From IMG/VR virus record IMGVR_UViG_3300032220_000699, positions 32,001 to 96,000 of that record: a DNA stretch of 64,000 nucleotides; one strand, written 5' to 3'. Source of the stretch: a virus. The translations under genes and the position numbers were made by a program. The notes beneath the pieces were generated by a model. The model was not told the DNA's origin, searched no databases, and worked only from the letters and a program-made list of their open reading frames with translations. This document shows positions 37,265 through 47,914 of this stretch, in pieces. The stretch's first letter is position 1; every line of letters starts with the position of its first letter.

Positions 37265-39868
37265 ATGCCTGTCAAACCAAGCAGTTTAGTGTCCATTATT
37301 AATCAAAATAAAGACAAGAAACTTGTAGCGTCTAAGATTATTGAGACTAACCCTAAAGTCCTTCCTGTTCTTCCTAAGCTCATTGCCGATGCCGAAACAT
37401 CGAGAAGTATGGCTAATCCGGATAACAGACTGAACATTAATCGTAGTCTCTTAGAAAATATTTATCATAAAATCAAAAGTGTTAAACAGAATAACAAGAA
37501 CATTATCAAATTGTTTCCTGATATTGAACTTGCCATTCAGATTCTTGTGAGTTCTATTCTGTCTCCTAAAAAAATGACAGATATTCAGTTGAACTATAAA
37601 CTGGATAAGAATTTCGATATCAACACAGTTGTTGTTGCTAACATCATTGAAAAGGTTAAGACCTATATTAATGATGAATATGAGTTAGAAGAAAAGCTTC
37701 CTGAGATTCTTCGTGAAGCTCTCTTTAACTCTGGTGCATATGCATTAGCAGTGATTCCTGAATCGTCGGTTGACGAAATCATTAACACAGATTTGCTTCC
37801 GTCTTATTCTACAGAAGACTTTAAACAACGTGCTGATATTCTTATCAGTAACTTGGTTAAGCCTATTAATATTCTTAACACCCAAGATCGTGTCGTTCCT
37901 TTAGAAACAACTGGTAAACCGACTGCTGATAATCTTATTAAACATATGGCTTCGGAAGCCTTTGTTAGTATCACTGACAATATCGGTGTCCTAAAGTTTA
38001 GTAGTATTCGTGAGAAGATTAATAAGTCTCTTGTGAAGAATGCTATCAAGAGTAATATTGCTATTTCTACTGAGTCAAGAGAAAAGCTTGACTACATGGA
38101 TATATTCCGTCAGAAGAGTTCAATGTCTCAGATTAAAGATATTGAATTCATTAAGACAAAGACTGAAACAAAACGTAAGTCTGTCGGTAAACCGATGGTT
38201 ATTAAGATTCCGACTGAATCAGTTATTCCTATTTTTATTCCTGGTGATGAAACTGAACATATCGGTTATTTCATTCTGTTGGATGAAACAGGTAAACCAT
38301 TAAATACAGAAATTAAGGATACCGATTTAAGTCAACTTAATTCTGTTATTAATCAGAGTTCACAGGCTAGTCAGTTAACTCCTGTTCAGAAGGCTTACAA
38401 TAGTCTTGTAGGGGATAATACATCCAATGTTGATATCAATCAACTATTTAGTCTTTATAAAGATGTTCTTGAACGTCAAATCTATCAGTCCGTAAAGAAT
38501 AGTCTTTACGGTTCTAATATTGAAATTGCCAATAAAAACGATATCTATTTCTTGATGTTTACTCGTGCTCTATCAGAACAAAGGACTTCTGTTCTTTATG
38601 TTCCGAAAGACATGCTTATCTATTTTGCTTTCTATTACAATGAACTTGGTCTTGGTAAATCTCTTCTTGAGAACCTTTCTGTTCTTTGTAGTCTTCGTGC
38701 TATCCTTCTTTTCTCCAAGGTCATGGCCTATGCCAAGCAGTCTATTGACGTGACCAAGGTGAATATTGCTCTCGATCCGAATGATCCTGACCCTGAGAAG
38801 ACTATTGAACAAGTTCAAGACTCTGTTTTGAAACTTCGTCAGAATTATTTCCCATTGGGTATTAATAATCCAGCTGACTTGGTTAACTGGATTCAGAGAG
38901 CAGGTTTGCAGTTTAGCTATAGCAATAATCCATTGTTGCCGAATATTCAGATTGACTTTGAAAATGCTAATCTTCAACACACTGTTCCTAGTTCTGAACT
39001 GGAAGAAGACCTTCGTAAGCAGACTATTCTTGCACTGGGTCTTACACCTGAAACGATTGATAGTGGATTCACACCTGAATTTGCTACAACTGTTGTTAAT
39101 AATAACATTCTTCTCTCGAAGCGTGTTTCTATTTATCAGAAAGCTCTGATTAAACATCTATCATCTTTCTTGTCTGCTATTATCTATAACGATGAAGACC
39201 TTCGTAACGAGCTTCGTAAAGAAGTTCTGGAAAATGTTGATGCATTGAATGATCAACTTAGCGATGAAGAGAAACAACTTCTCACCAAGAGTAAAGATGA
39301 GTTTATCGAATACTTCTTGAATAAGTTTGGTGAAAGCCTGTATATCGAGCTTCCGAAGCCTGAGAATACTAATCTCACTAACTTGTCTGCTGAATACGAT
39401 ATTTATAAAGAAAATCTTGAGAAAGTTCTTGATTCCATTCTTTCTAGTGAAATCTTTACTGAAAATATTGCTGGTGAATTGTCTAATCATATCGACACCA
39501 TTAAAAATGTTTACAAACATCATTTGCTTCGTACTTGGATGGCAAATAACAACTTCTATCCTGAAGCTCTGGAATTTGGCAAACAGAATAATGAAACAGA
39601 TGACGCTGATAAGCTTCTCGAAATCATCCAAGAACACTTGGTTGGTACTTCGAGAAATGCTGATAAGCTTATTAATGTTCTTCAGACCTATAAGGATGCT
39701 CTAAATAAGGATCTTGAAAAGGTTAATGGTGAAGGCGGTGCTTCTTCCTCATCAGGTTCATACGGTGGCGGAGGTGGTGACGATGAATCCTCCACTGGAG
39801 ATAATCCTGACGGTGGTGGCGATGATGCATTCGGACTAGGTGCCGGTGATTTAGATCTAAGTTTGTAA
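37265..39868 (+). CDS. Portal protein (phiKZ gp129-like)
   Basis: LFPDIELAIQILVSSILSPK segment, about 867 aa, acidic Gly-rich tail; AGAGGA RBS at 37265. Confidence 0.75.
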   Translation: MPVKPSSLVSIINQNKDKKLVASKIIETNPKVLPVLPKLIADAETSRSMANPDNRLNINRSLLENIYHKIKSVKQNNKNIIKLFPDIELAIQILVSSILSPKKMTDIQLNYKLDKNFDINTVVVANIIEKVKTYINDEYELEEKLPEILREALFNSGAYALAVIPESSVDEIINTDLLPSYSTEDFKQRADILISNLVKPINILNTQDRVVPLETTGKPTADNLIKHMASEAFVSITDNIGVLKFSSIREKINKSLVKNAIKSNIAISTESREKLDYMDIFRQKSSMSQIKDIEFIKTKTETKRKSVGKPMVIKIPTESVIPIFIPGDETEHIGYFILLDETGKPLNTEIKDTDLSQLNSVINQSSQASQLTPVQKAYNSLVGDNTSNVDINQLFSLYKDVLERQIYQSVKNSLYGSNIEIANKNDIYFLMFTRALSEQRTSVLYVPKDMLIYFAFYYNELGLGKSLLENLSVLCSLRAILLFSKVMAYAKQSIDVTKVNIALDPNDPDPEKTIEQVQDSVLKLRQNYFPLGINNPADLVNWIQRAGLQFSYSNNPLLPNIQIDFENANLQHTVPSSELEEDLRKQTILALGLTPETIDSGFTPEFATTVVNNNILLSKRVSIYQKALIKHLSSFLSAIIYNDEDLRNELRKEVLENVDALNDQLSDEEKQLLTKSKDEFIEYFLNKFGESLYIELPKPENTNLTNLSAEYDIYKENLEKVLDSILSSEIFTENIAGELSNHIDTIKNVYKHHLLRTWMANNNFYPEALEFGKQNNETDDADKLLEIIQEHLVGTSRNADKLINVLQTYKDALNKDLEKVNGEGGASSSSGSYGGGGGDDESSTGDNPDGGGDDAFGLGAGDLDLSL

Positions 39869-39881
39869 AAAAAAAAATAAG

Positions 39882-39909
39882 ACTAGAGAGGGAGTGATCC
39901 CTCTCTAGT
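39882..39909. terminator. Bidirectional terminator after portal
   Basis: 12-bp inverted repeat. Confidence 0.85.
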
Positions 39910-39919
39910 TCTTTATTGT

Positions 39920-41230
39920 TTACATCTTCTTGATAAAGATCTGACCCTTAAGATTGCGGGACAGTTGGATAACATATTTGTCGATGCTAACCATATAACA
40001 AACAGCAGTGTTCTGTGCTTCAAACATAAACTCAGCAGCAGATAACAGGAACTTGTTAATTAGATTGTCTTCAATCACAGTGAGTGTAGAAGGAGCATTG
40101 ACAATACCAAGTTCATGTGAGTACTTATCGACATAAGCAATGGTGTAAAGTTCCGGAACATATGTAACGGCTTTACCTTCTTGCTGATCAAGTTGTTTCA
40201 AACTATCAAGAGCACCCTTAGTATCTTCAACAAAGGCATTCATATAGTTAATCAATTCGTCTTCAAGATCTTCATCAGTGTCTTCCAGATTACGGAGGAA
40301 CTTAAGAAGTTCATTGAAATCGGTCATGAAGGAATCAATATTGACCGGGACAGGACTGTTGACACCAATGAAGTCATTGATAGCTGTAGTCATGATTGTG
40401 TCAAAAGAATCCAGCAGATGGATATCGTATTTACTAGTCAATGTAGGCCACAAGGCTTTCATTGCTTTATAGATCGCCTTGACATCATTATCAAGGATCA
40501 GTTCGTTAAATTTAGCTTGTTCGAAAGACTTATAGAAGCTATTCTCGACAAGATAATTGCCAATGACCATCAGCTTATTGATACCTTCATCGTGAGCGTG
40601 ATCAATAGCACTTTCAACCGCTTCTTCAAAGCAATCGGTCAGCGTAAGCTTATCCTTAAGCGTGAAGATTTGGTTGGGTTTGATTTCATCATAAAAGCTT
40701 GACAGGATAACTTTTGTATTACCTGCAAACTTAACACCCTTACTTACATCAATGCTAAACACTGACGGGGGTTCTTGTGTTTCAACTTGTTGTTCCACAG
40801 CTTGTGTCCCTGTATTAGTATTCAATGACTGAAAGCGAGAATCGGACATCATTTCCATCTCGCCGCTCATAGTACCTGTAAGATGACCAGATAACGTTTG
40901 ATTTTGATTACCAAAACGTCCTGGGTTAGTAGGCATACCACCTTGCATCGGCATCATTCCGCCATGCATCGGCATTCCTACATTCATAGGCATACCCGTG
41001 TTCATGGGCATCATATTCATATTGTTCGGCATTTGCAAAGCTCCACTAGCTATCAGAGCCTGTGCCTGTTGTGGAGTTACTTGCTGACCATTAGGAAGTA
41101 CAATCAATCCATTCGGCAACTGAACCAGTCCGGGAACTTGTTGTTGCTGTTGCTGAACCATTTGCTGATGCTGTTGTTGCATCTGCATGTGGCCACCAGC
41201 TGGATGTGGACTAGAAAAACGATGATGCAT
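39920..41230 (-). CDS. Hypothetical protein with Q/M/P/G-rich low-complexity N-terminus
   Basis: AAGGAG RBS; directly downstream of nvRNAP beta. Confidence 0.75.
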   Translation of the reverse strand: MHHRFSSPHPAGGHMQMQQQHQQMVQQQQQQVPGLVQLPNGLIVLPNGQQVTPQQAQALIASGALQMPNNMNMMPMNTGMPMNVGMPMHGGMMPMQGGMPTNPGRFGNQNQTLSGHLTGTMSGEMEMMSDSRFQSLNTNTGTQAVEQQVETQEPPSVFSIDVSKGVKFAGNTKVILSSFYDEIKPNQIFTLKDKLTLTDCFEEAVESAIDHAHDEGINKLMVIGNYLVENSFYKSFEQAKFNELILDNDVKAIYKAMKALWPTLTSKYDIHLLDSFDTIMTTAINDFIGVNSPVPVNIDSFMTDFNELLKFLRNLEDTDEDLEDELINYMNAFVEDTKGALDSLKQLDQQEGKAVTYVPELYTIAYVDKYSHELGIVNAPSTLTVIEDNLINKFLLSAAEFMFEAQNTAVCYMVSIDKYVIQLSRNLKGQIFIKKM

Positions 41231-41250
41231 ATCTACTATTCTCCTTTGAC

Positions 41251-42993
41251 TTAATCAGTGTCAATTTGTTCCATCAATTCAAAATCGTCAGACGAACTAT
41301 CATCGTCTTCGAGTTCGACCCCTTCTGCTAACAGTAGATCCGGAACAAACTCGTCACCATCCTGAATGTCTTCCGACACAGTGATGTTAGCGAGCAGTCT
41401 ATCCGTTTCTTCAATAATGTTATTAAAGACAGGATGCGGGAGCACAGATCCCGTAGCCAAATCAATATTAACGTAAGGGTTAAGACGAACCACAGGAACA
41501 GGGTTCTTCTTACTCAGTCCGAGAATACTTCCAACTGTCGCCATACTAGCCACAATCTTCTTTCTCTCGGATGTATTTACGTCAGCATTATTAATGTTAA
41601 CGAAATCAGATTCTTGTTGAACAACCATAGCCGTATTTTTCGGATACAGATGATCACCAGAATACTCGATACTCGTTACATATTGTTTGTCTTTCTTAAG
41701 CGAAAATATCGCTCGAGTGACGAAGTATTTCTTAAAGATTTTATCAACAATCTTAGAGTCAAGCTTTTCGTTATTGATACGAAGCTCTTCTTTATTAATA
41801 TCAAGAACTATACGAGTGATACGAGAAGTCAGATGCGACAAAATAAACGATTCGATCTCATATGTCTTGTTATGATATAGACTACGAACTTCTGCATTCA
41901 TAATCCAGTTATTAAACTGTTTAAAGATAACACCAAGCAACCCGATCAGGTTGTTAGAGTCAACACCAATATCACGCAGTTTACCAATCGTAATCGTATC
42001 AAAGCTCGAGTTCAGATCGTTAAAGTGTGCATTGATTTTTTCACTGAGATAAGCAAGACCGTGATTACCAGAGTGGATGATCTCACCAAGCAAACGTTTC
42101 CAGATAAGCGTGTTATCCAGTTCGTCAATGCTAATAGCTTCAGGGAAGTTATCGATGATGTAAAACAGATTACCAACAACGTAAAGAACATCTTCGTTGT
42201 ATTTGTCTTCATCAACAACAAACTTAATACTCGTCTTCTGATAGAGTTGTTTGTTCCTGATATAACCATGAGGTGCGTTACCAGTGCTTGATAACACAAC
42301 CTTATCAGTCTTACTATAATCATACATCGGCTTAGGAACAAACCCAAGCAACATATGCATAGTCTTTGTGAAACCATAGTTAGCAAGCAGGTAATGCATA
42401 ACCGTAGTGTTAGCCTTGGTCGTATCTTCCAGCTTCTTAACTTGATTCTTATAAAGTTCAGTGTTCACAATAGAAACACGATTAAACACACCACTGGTTT
42501 GACCAGGTTGCTGAACTTGAATACTGAAGTAAGTACGAGTGAAACTATACTTAGCAGTCAGGATGTTAATGAAGATGATCTTATCACCGATACTGATAAC
42601 CTTATCCGATAGAACAGGCATCACAAGGAAGTTATTACCACTCAGATGAATGATGTTACCCTTGTTCATATACGGGATATAGAAATGATGACGACGAATA
42701 TTTTCTTCATCACCATACTTAAACATAAACTCAACAAGATAAATATCGTTTTCAGCGATATCGTGAATAACCTTGCTAGTCTTATTAAACAAAAACTTAT
42801 TTTCTTCCTTAGGCAACAGTTCCCTGTAGCCTAAGTATTGTAAATGGGTGTTCGTCTTACTGTTACATGAATACTTAATAAAGTTATCGATATATGCAAT
42901 AGCATTGTTCAATCGGTGGTAGCAGAGACCTTCTACTGCCTGTTGATTGAATTTAGGAGTTTTATCCGCGATAAATTGGGCTAGTGTTTTCAA
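41251..42993 (-). CDS. Non-virion RNA polymerase beta subunit, N-terminal part (phiKZ gp123-like)
   Basis: TPKFN, FYIPYM..GNIIHLSG...MPVLSDKVIS, LNPYV; position between MCP and portal as in phiKZ; early promoter upstream. Confidence 0.8.
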   Translation of the reverse strand: MKTLAQFIADKTPKFNQQAVEGLCYHRLNNAIAYIDNFIKYSCNSKTNTHLQYLGYRELLPKEENKFLFNKTSKVIHDIAENDIYLVEFMFKYGDEENIRRHHFYIPYMNKGNIIHLSGNNFLVMPVLSDKVISIGDKIIFINILTAKYSFTRTYFSIQVQQPGQTSGVFNRVSIVNTELYKNQVKKLEDTTKANTTVMHYLLANYGFTKTMHMLLGFVPKPMYDYSKTDKVVLSSTGNAPHGYIRNKQLYQKTSIKFVVDEDKYNEDVLYVVGNLFYIIDNFPEAISIDELDNTLIWKRLLGEIIHSGNHGLAYLSEKINAHFNDLNSSFDTITIGKLRDIGVDSNNLIGLLGVIFKQFNNWIMNAEVRSLYHNKTYEIESFILSHLTSRITRIVLDINKEELRINNEKLDSKIVDKIFKKYFVTRAIFSLKKDKQYVTSIEYSGDHLYPKNTAMVVQQESDFVNINNADVNTSERKKIVASMATVGSILGLSKKNPVPVVRLNPYVNIDLATGSVLPHPVFNNIIEETDRLLANITVSEDIQDGDEFVPDLLLAEGVELEDDDSSSDDFELMEQIDTD

Positions 42994-43088
42994 GGGAACC
43001 TCCTGGTGGCGACAAACTATTCTAGATTAATTATTAAATTATTAAAAAATAATGACACACCTGTACTTAACAGGTGTGTTATATGTTT

Positions 43089-43112
43089 TATATATGCGAT
43101 TGAATAGTCTTC
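43089..43112 (-). promoter_or_regulatory. Early-type promoter GA-N14-CATATATA for nvRNAP beta
   Basis: 96 nt before 42993; hairpin 43057-43079 follows. Confidence 0.65.
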
Positions 43113-43117
43113 TGTCA

Positions 43118-44578
43118 CTAGGCTTTCCCAAGCTGTTTGACAATAACAAAACCAGTAGCAACAACACCAGCAACGGCAGCAACAGTTTTAAGTGTTTCGA
43201 GAGACGAGTCTCGTTCATGCCGAAGATCATCTCGAGCATACTTTCTTTCATCGAAATGATGTTTCATAGTGTTACTACTCCAATCATAGGCTGCTTTAGA
43301 GTTAAGAGATTCTTGCTCTAATTTATGTTTAAAAGCCGCATGGTCTTCTTCCATTTTTCTAAGTTTAATCTTAGATTCATGTTCGAACTGTGCTCTTTCA
43401 AGCTTTAACTCATTCTCCCTTTCTCTGAAACTAGCTTCTCTATCTTTAAGATCACGCTCACGTTTTTCTCTCAAATTGCATGCATCTCGAGCTTCATCTT
43501 GATGCTCAAAAAGAAAGTCAACAGTGTTAATTTCATTTACAGGAATATGGTATGCTTCAACAACATCAAAGTTCTTATCAAATTTACCAATCCAGAGACC
43601 CCTTTCCCTAGACTTTGATTTGATCTTAGGTACAAGATGAACTTTGTTATGTAATGAATAATAACGAGGTTTCATTTCGTTATCAGGATCTACCATGAAT
43701 ATACAAGGAGACCCAGGGACTACATTTTCTTTTAACTCAGCAAAGTCAGAACTACGGCTACACGCTGGGTTAATAATAGGCACGAAGTTTTTACTCTTCG
43801 TAAAATATAAATCTAAATCACGGAAGAAAACAGAAACTTCTTCTTCAGTTGTATCATCTATAAACATTCTGGGCGTAAGAACACCCATAGTGATAGCTTT
43901 AATTTCTGGAACATCTGTATCTTCATTTTTCTCAATAAAACTATCCCAAGCCTGAGATACGAAATAACGAAGCTTTAAACTCTGATGAAATTTATCACCA
44001 GGCATTTTATCCATTTCAGATGGATTAAATTTATGATGATCCAGATAGTCTTTTAAATAATTACCGCTGATTCCAGTTGCTCTACTATGGTTAGTAGGCG
44101 TTGTTATACGATGAATTGCAAAAACAATAATTTTACCTTCAAAGGCTTTTGTTAGTCTATTCTGTTCTACTGGATGGAAAACAGTTGACCCATTTAGATT
44201 GTCATAAACAGTGATCGGTTCAGTCGTGAAATTAGCAACTATAAAAGCAGGACCTAGGGAGAGACCACCCTTTTCAATGATAAATTTATTTTCTTTACGA
44301 ACATTGATGTGTAGATTTTTTCTACTATTATTAGGATCATAGTCCTCGATATCTCTGCTAACATTTGTATGGATAACAGGAGAATCAGAATTTAAACCCT
44401 TTTTAACTTCATAGTAACAAAACTTAATACCAGCAGTTGGATTGATATCAAATTGTTGTATAACAGGAAGATAGTTTGTTTCGTACGTCTTATCGTTAAC
44501 ACCCAAGAATGCTTTATTGAGACTAGTTAAATAGGCAGCAACATTCACCATTCTTAGACTTTTTGTAACTACTTTCAC
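43118..44578 (-). CDS. Hypothetical protein, 486 aa, with C-terminal coiled coil and hydrophobic anchor
   Basis: ERERDLKDREASFRERE... coil; VAAVAGVVATGFVIV terminus. Confidence 0.75.
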   Translation of the reverse strand: MKVVTKSLRMVNVAAYLTSLNKAFLGVNDKTYETNYLPVIQQFDINPTAGIKFCYYEVKKGLNSDSPVIHTNVSRDIEDYDPNNSRKNLHINVRKENKFIIEKGGLSLGPAFIVANFTTEPITVYDNLNGSTVFHPVEQNRLTKAFEGKIIVFAIHRITTPTNHSRATGISGNYLKDYLDHHKFNPSEMDKMPGDKFHQSLKLRYFVSQAWDSFIEKNEDTDVPEIKAITMGVLTPRMFIDDTTEEEVSVFFRDLDLYFTKSKNFVPIINPACSRSSDFAELKENVVPGSPCIFMVDPDNEMKPRYYSLHNKVHLVPKIKSKSRERGLWIGKFDKNFDVVEAYHIPVNEINTVDFLFEHQDEARDACNLREKRERDLKDREASFRERENELKLERAQFEHESKIKLRKMEEDHAAFKHKLEQESLNSKAAYDWSSNTMKHHFDERKYARDDLRHERDSSLETLKTVAAVAGVVATGFVIVKQLGKA

Positions 44579-44608
44579 GTGAACTCCCTATGTCATATGA
44601 ACAAGTAC

Positions 44609-44632
44609 TATATATGGTATTAACATTTCTTC
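44609..44632 (-). promoter_or_regulatory. Early-type promoter GA-N14-CATATATA
   Basis: 31 nt before 44578. Confidence 0.75.
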
Positions 44633-44649
44633 AGAAACAAAAGATAAAA

Positions 44650-44679
44650 ATACCAAGAGGCATTGCTGCCTCTTGGTAT
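44650..44679 (-). terminator. Terminator after MCP
   Basis: 13-bp inverted repeat plus U-tract. Confidence 0.85.
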
Positions 44680-44695
44680 CTTATATTGCTACTGA

Positions 44696-46849
44696 TTAAA
44701 CAGTATGCATATTGACAGTAACCTTGCCAGTAACTTCCGGCAGACCGGTCACTTCGAGCATGGTCATCATCGGCAGATTGACAGTGTGCAGGAAGCGCGG
44801 AGAAACGATCAGTTCCTTAGAAACTTGACCATCGCGGCTAACCGGCATAACAACGGTCAGTTCCGGCGACCACAGCATGTTGCCGAAGTTCAGCGGATTG
44901 ATACCGGTGTTACGAGCAGAGTCAAACACACCGAAGGACACGAAGATCTTGCCCTTGACACGGCTATCCAGAGTCGAAACGATACGGACGTCGAAGGTTT
45001 CACCCAGCGTACGCAGATCGCCATCGGCTTGCAGATAGTTGTAGATCACCGGATCGGTACCAACGATAATGGTCGGCTTGAAGCCAGTGTTGCCAGTCAG
45101 AACAGCGGCAGCAGCCTTGTATTCCGAAGAGCGATACATTTCATTAGCGTAGTAACGCAGCTTTTCAACCAGAGCAGCACGGATGTCCTTGATCTTCTCA
45201 TGGGACTTCAGGCTGTCAACGGTGCCTTCCAGATTGATAGCTTCGTGGAAGTAGATCGGCTTGACATACAGATGACCGAAAGCATTGATTTCTGGCAGGT
45301 CGCCGTTAGCGTCAGCAACCGGAGCGTACGAAGCCAGGGAGACTTGAGCACGCAGCAGAGCTGAAACAGCTTCGTTCGAAACACGGATACCAGTGGTGGT
45401 GATCAGGGTTTGCAGAGCGGAGTTGTCATCACCAGAAGCATTAACAACCGGCATGATGATGGACAGCGGTGAACGGTACGGAACCGGAATCACACGGTAT
45501 TCGACTTGAGAGTCGAGCAGCTGACCACGTTGACGGATGTTGCTGTTAGCACGGAAGGCAGTCAGCGTATAGCCGATGACTTCAGCAGCAGCGATCTTAC
45601 CAGCCAGGGTGTTGAAGGTAGCACCAGAGACCAGCATGTCGGAAGCATTACGCAGAGCAACCAGACCCAGCGTACCACCAGAAACCAGGCAGTCACCCTT
45701 GTCCAGAGACACGTTACCAGAGATAGACAGCTGGATACGAGCCTTGTGAGTAGCCAGTTCAGGCAGAGAAGCCGGAGCAGCACCAGTGACGTCCAGAGTC
45801 GAAGCGTCCAGAACCAGAGCGTCCGAATCCATTGCCAACAGCATACGACGATAGTTGCCTTGCGGAGCATACGTGAACGTAGAGCCCGGCTTTTCGTCAA
45901 CTTGAACGCGGATGACATCGGTGTTGGTACCGTCGGTAACCTTCAGGTAAACTGATTCCAGCTTGATGAAGGTGTCCAGAGCGTCTGAAGGACCCATGAT
46001 ACCGCTGTTCAGCAGTTCGTTGGTCTGAGAAATACCGATCAGATCGATCTTGGTGTCAACCTTAACAGCACCAGTTTGGATACTGATACCACCGCCGACA
46101 GCAACAGTCCAGGCCGGAACATCAGCAACCGGAACGAACTTGTCAGAGTTGTCGTCAGAACCGCCACCGTTACGGAGAACCGGAATAGCACGGGTCATTT
46201 CGTTCTTCAGGATTTCAGCATCAGCATAGGCGCGGATAACACTCTTACGAGCATAGTTAGCCAGCGATCCGGTGACAGAACGCTTGAAGTCATTGAAGAC
46301 GTAGAACAGCTTAGCGGACAGGGTAACACCGACTTCATTCGGGTTAACAACGATCGTCGGGAAGAAGGTTTCGCCGAATTCGTCTTGACGTGAGGCCAGC
46401 AGATTGTAGATGATCGAGAACAGCTGTGCATTACGGTTGTCACGCTCGTCATAAGCTTCGGTAGCGACTTGCGGACGTTCCATGAAGCTATCAGCAACAC
46501 CAGAAACCATAACGATAGCGTCAGAACCAACGCTCTTCGGCTTGGTGCTCAGGAATTGCTTCGGATTGCTGCCCAGCATACCGGACAGAGTTGCAGCTTC
46601 CAGTTGGAAACCTTCAACAGCCAGACCGAATTGTTGAGCGATCGTCTTCATCGAAGATTCGATGTTGTTATAGACGTTCGTCAGGGCGCTTTCAGCAGCA
46701 GAGTCAAGGCTTTCAGCAGCCAGATATTGACCGATCTTTTCGTCATTGAAACTGCGGGAAGCAGTGATCTGACCAACTTGTTCAGTCAGTTGACCAATCG
46801 GATCAACAACCAGCGACTTACGACCAGCGAGAAGTTTGTGAATAGACAT
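44696..46849 (-). CDS. Major capsid protein (phiKZ gp120-like)
   Basis: 717 aa; ATEAYDERDN...YNLLASRQDEFGETFFPTIVV; AxE prohead-protease-type sites at residues 46, 53, 79, 131; strongest codon bias; strong terminator. Confidence 0.92.
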   Translation of the reverse strand: MSIHKLLAGRKSLVVDPIGQLTEQVGQITASRSFNDEKIGQYLAAESLDSAAESALTNVYNNIESSMKTIAQQFGLAVEGFQLEAATLSGMLGSNPKQFLSTKPKSVGSDAIVMVSGVADSFMERPQVATEAYDERDNRNAQLFSIIYNLLASRQDEFGETFFPTIVVNPNEVGVTLSAKLFYVFNDFKRSVTGSLANYARKSVIRAYADAEILKNEMTRAIPVLRNGGGSDDNSDKFVPVADVPAWTVAVGGGISIQTGAVKVDTKIDLIGISQTNELLNSGIMGPSDALDTFIKLESVYLKVTDGTNTDVIRVQVDEKPGSTFTYAPQGNYRRMLLAMDSDALVLDASTLDVTGAAPASLPELATHKARIQLSISGNVSLDKGDCLVSGGTLGLVALRNASDMLVSGATFNTLAGKIAAAEVIGYTLTAFRANSNIRQRGQLLDSQVEYRVIPVPYRSPLSIIMPVVNASGDDNSALQTLITTTGIRVSNEAVSALLRAQVSLASYAPVADANGDLPEINAFGHLYVKPIYFHEAINLEGTVDSLKSHEKIKDIRAALVEKLRYYANEMYRSSEYKAAAAVLTGNTGFKPTIIVGTDPVIYNYLQADGDLRTLGETFDVRIVSTLDSRVKGKIFVSFGVFDSARNTGINPLNFGNMLWSPELTVVMPVSRDGQVSKELIVSPRFLHTVNLPMMTMLEVTGLPEVTGKVTVNMHTV

Positions 46850-46893
46850 GGTTACTCCTGTTTACGAAAAAAGGGAAAGTTGAAAAATCTGTT

Positions 46894-47427
46894 TTAGTTA
46901 AAACGAGACTTGATAAGATTGAAGTAAGTATCATTCAGCTTCATGCTGACATAGGTCTTGAACAGAGAACTGAACAAGTTAAATTTATATTGATAACAGA
47001 GGCAATCTAGGATAAACTGTAAGAAGTTTTCCTTAGACTCTGTTACAAATGTCAAGAAGCCTTCTTCGACAACAATCAAAAGAGTGTTATCAGGAAGGAC
47101 AACAATTTCATAATATTTTTTATCACTGTAACATTCAGGGGTTACCTTGCCACAGAAATTGACCTTGAAGCTATCTTTTACATACTGACGTTCTTGAGCA
47201 CTCAGAAGAATCAGAGCGTCGTAGAAATCATCAGACAGTGATGAGAAGTACAAGAGTTTATTAAGTTCACGATTCAAATTAACAATAGAAGCTCTTGTCA
47301 ACAATGAAACATTAGGGAAGTCTTTATAGGGAATTTTAGAAACATCTTCGTTACTAAAACTTGCACCTTGTAAACTTTCATAATTAGTTCGGTCAACAAA
47401 GACCAAAGTTGTATATTTCTTTTCCAT
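46894..47427 (-). CDS. Hypothetical protein upstream of MCP
   Basis: AGGAG RBS at 47427. Confidence 0.65.
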   Translation of the reverse strand: MEKKYTTLVFVDRTNYESLQGASFSNEDVSKIPYKDFPNVSLLTRASIVNLNRELNKLLYFSSLSDDFYDALILLSAQERQYVKDSFKVNFCGKVTPECYSDKKYYEIVVLPDNTLLIVVEEGFLTFVTESKENFLQFILDCLCYQYKFNLFSSLFKTYVSMKLNDTYFNLIKSRFN

Positions 47428-47444
47428 GGATATTCTCCTATAGC

Positions 47445-47864
47445 TCAAAGAATATCGAACGGAATGCCTAGTAATCTAAGCTGATCACGGACAGCACTAT
47501 ATTGTGCATTAGAAATGTTGTTCAGTCTAATGGTGTAATTCAAACCAGATGACTCTTCAACACTACCACTGATAATCCAAACATCAGCAATCACAACATC
47601 CTTATCATTGTGTTTGAACAAGTAATAAGTATATTCAATGTGATTAGAATTTGTACCAGGAGGAAGATACGGATAGATTTGTTTATGCAGAAGTTCAATA
47701 TTAGAAAACTTCAACGCAGTATTGTAATCCAAAATAGAAACAAGTTTGGCATTCTTATAAACAGTACCCAGAACAGAGTTAGGATAAAGAGAGAAGCCGT
47801 AGTGCTTGTTAAGTGACAAAGTAGGCATATTTGTATCCCGATTGTAATTAATCAAAAAATTCAC
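47445..47864 (-). CDS. phiKZ-like small protein upstream of MCP
   Basis: FSLYPNSVLG...IYPYLPPGT...YTYYLF; recalled from capsid-gene neighbourhoods. Confidence 0.6.
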   Translation of the reverse strand: MNFLINYNRDTNMPTLSLNKHYGFSLYPNSVLGTVYKNAKLVSILDYNTALKFSNIELLHKQIYPYLPPGTNSNHIEYTYYLFKHNDKDVVIADVWIISGSVEESSGLNYTIRLNNISNAQYSAVRDQLRLLGIPFDIL

Positions 47865-47914
47865 CTAAAACCAAAAAAAAAAAGAACAGAGACTTAACTC
47901 TGTTCTTATATTAC

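Noticed and set aside
43057-43079. Hairpin as a simple terminator of the 486-aa gene
   Set aside because: Ambiguous: a full early promoter lies immediately upstream, so it may be a 5' leader stem of the nvRNAP beta mRNA; not listed as a terminator
44705-46897. Several plus-strand ORFs opposite the MCP
   Set aside because: Same antisense-shadow artefact
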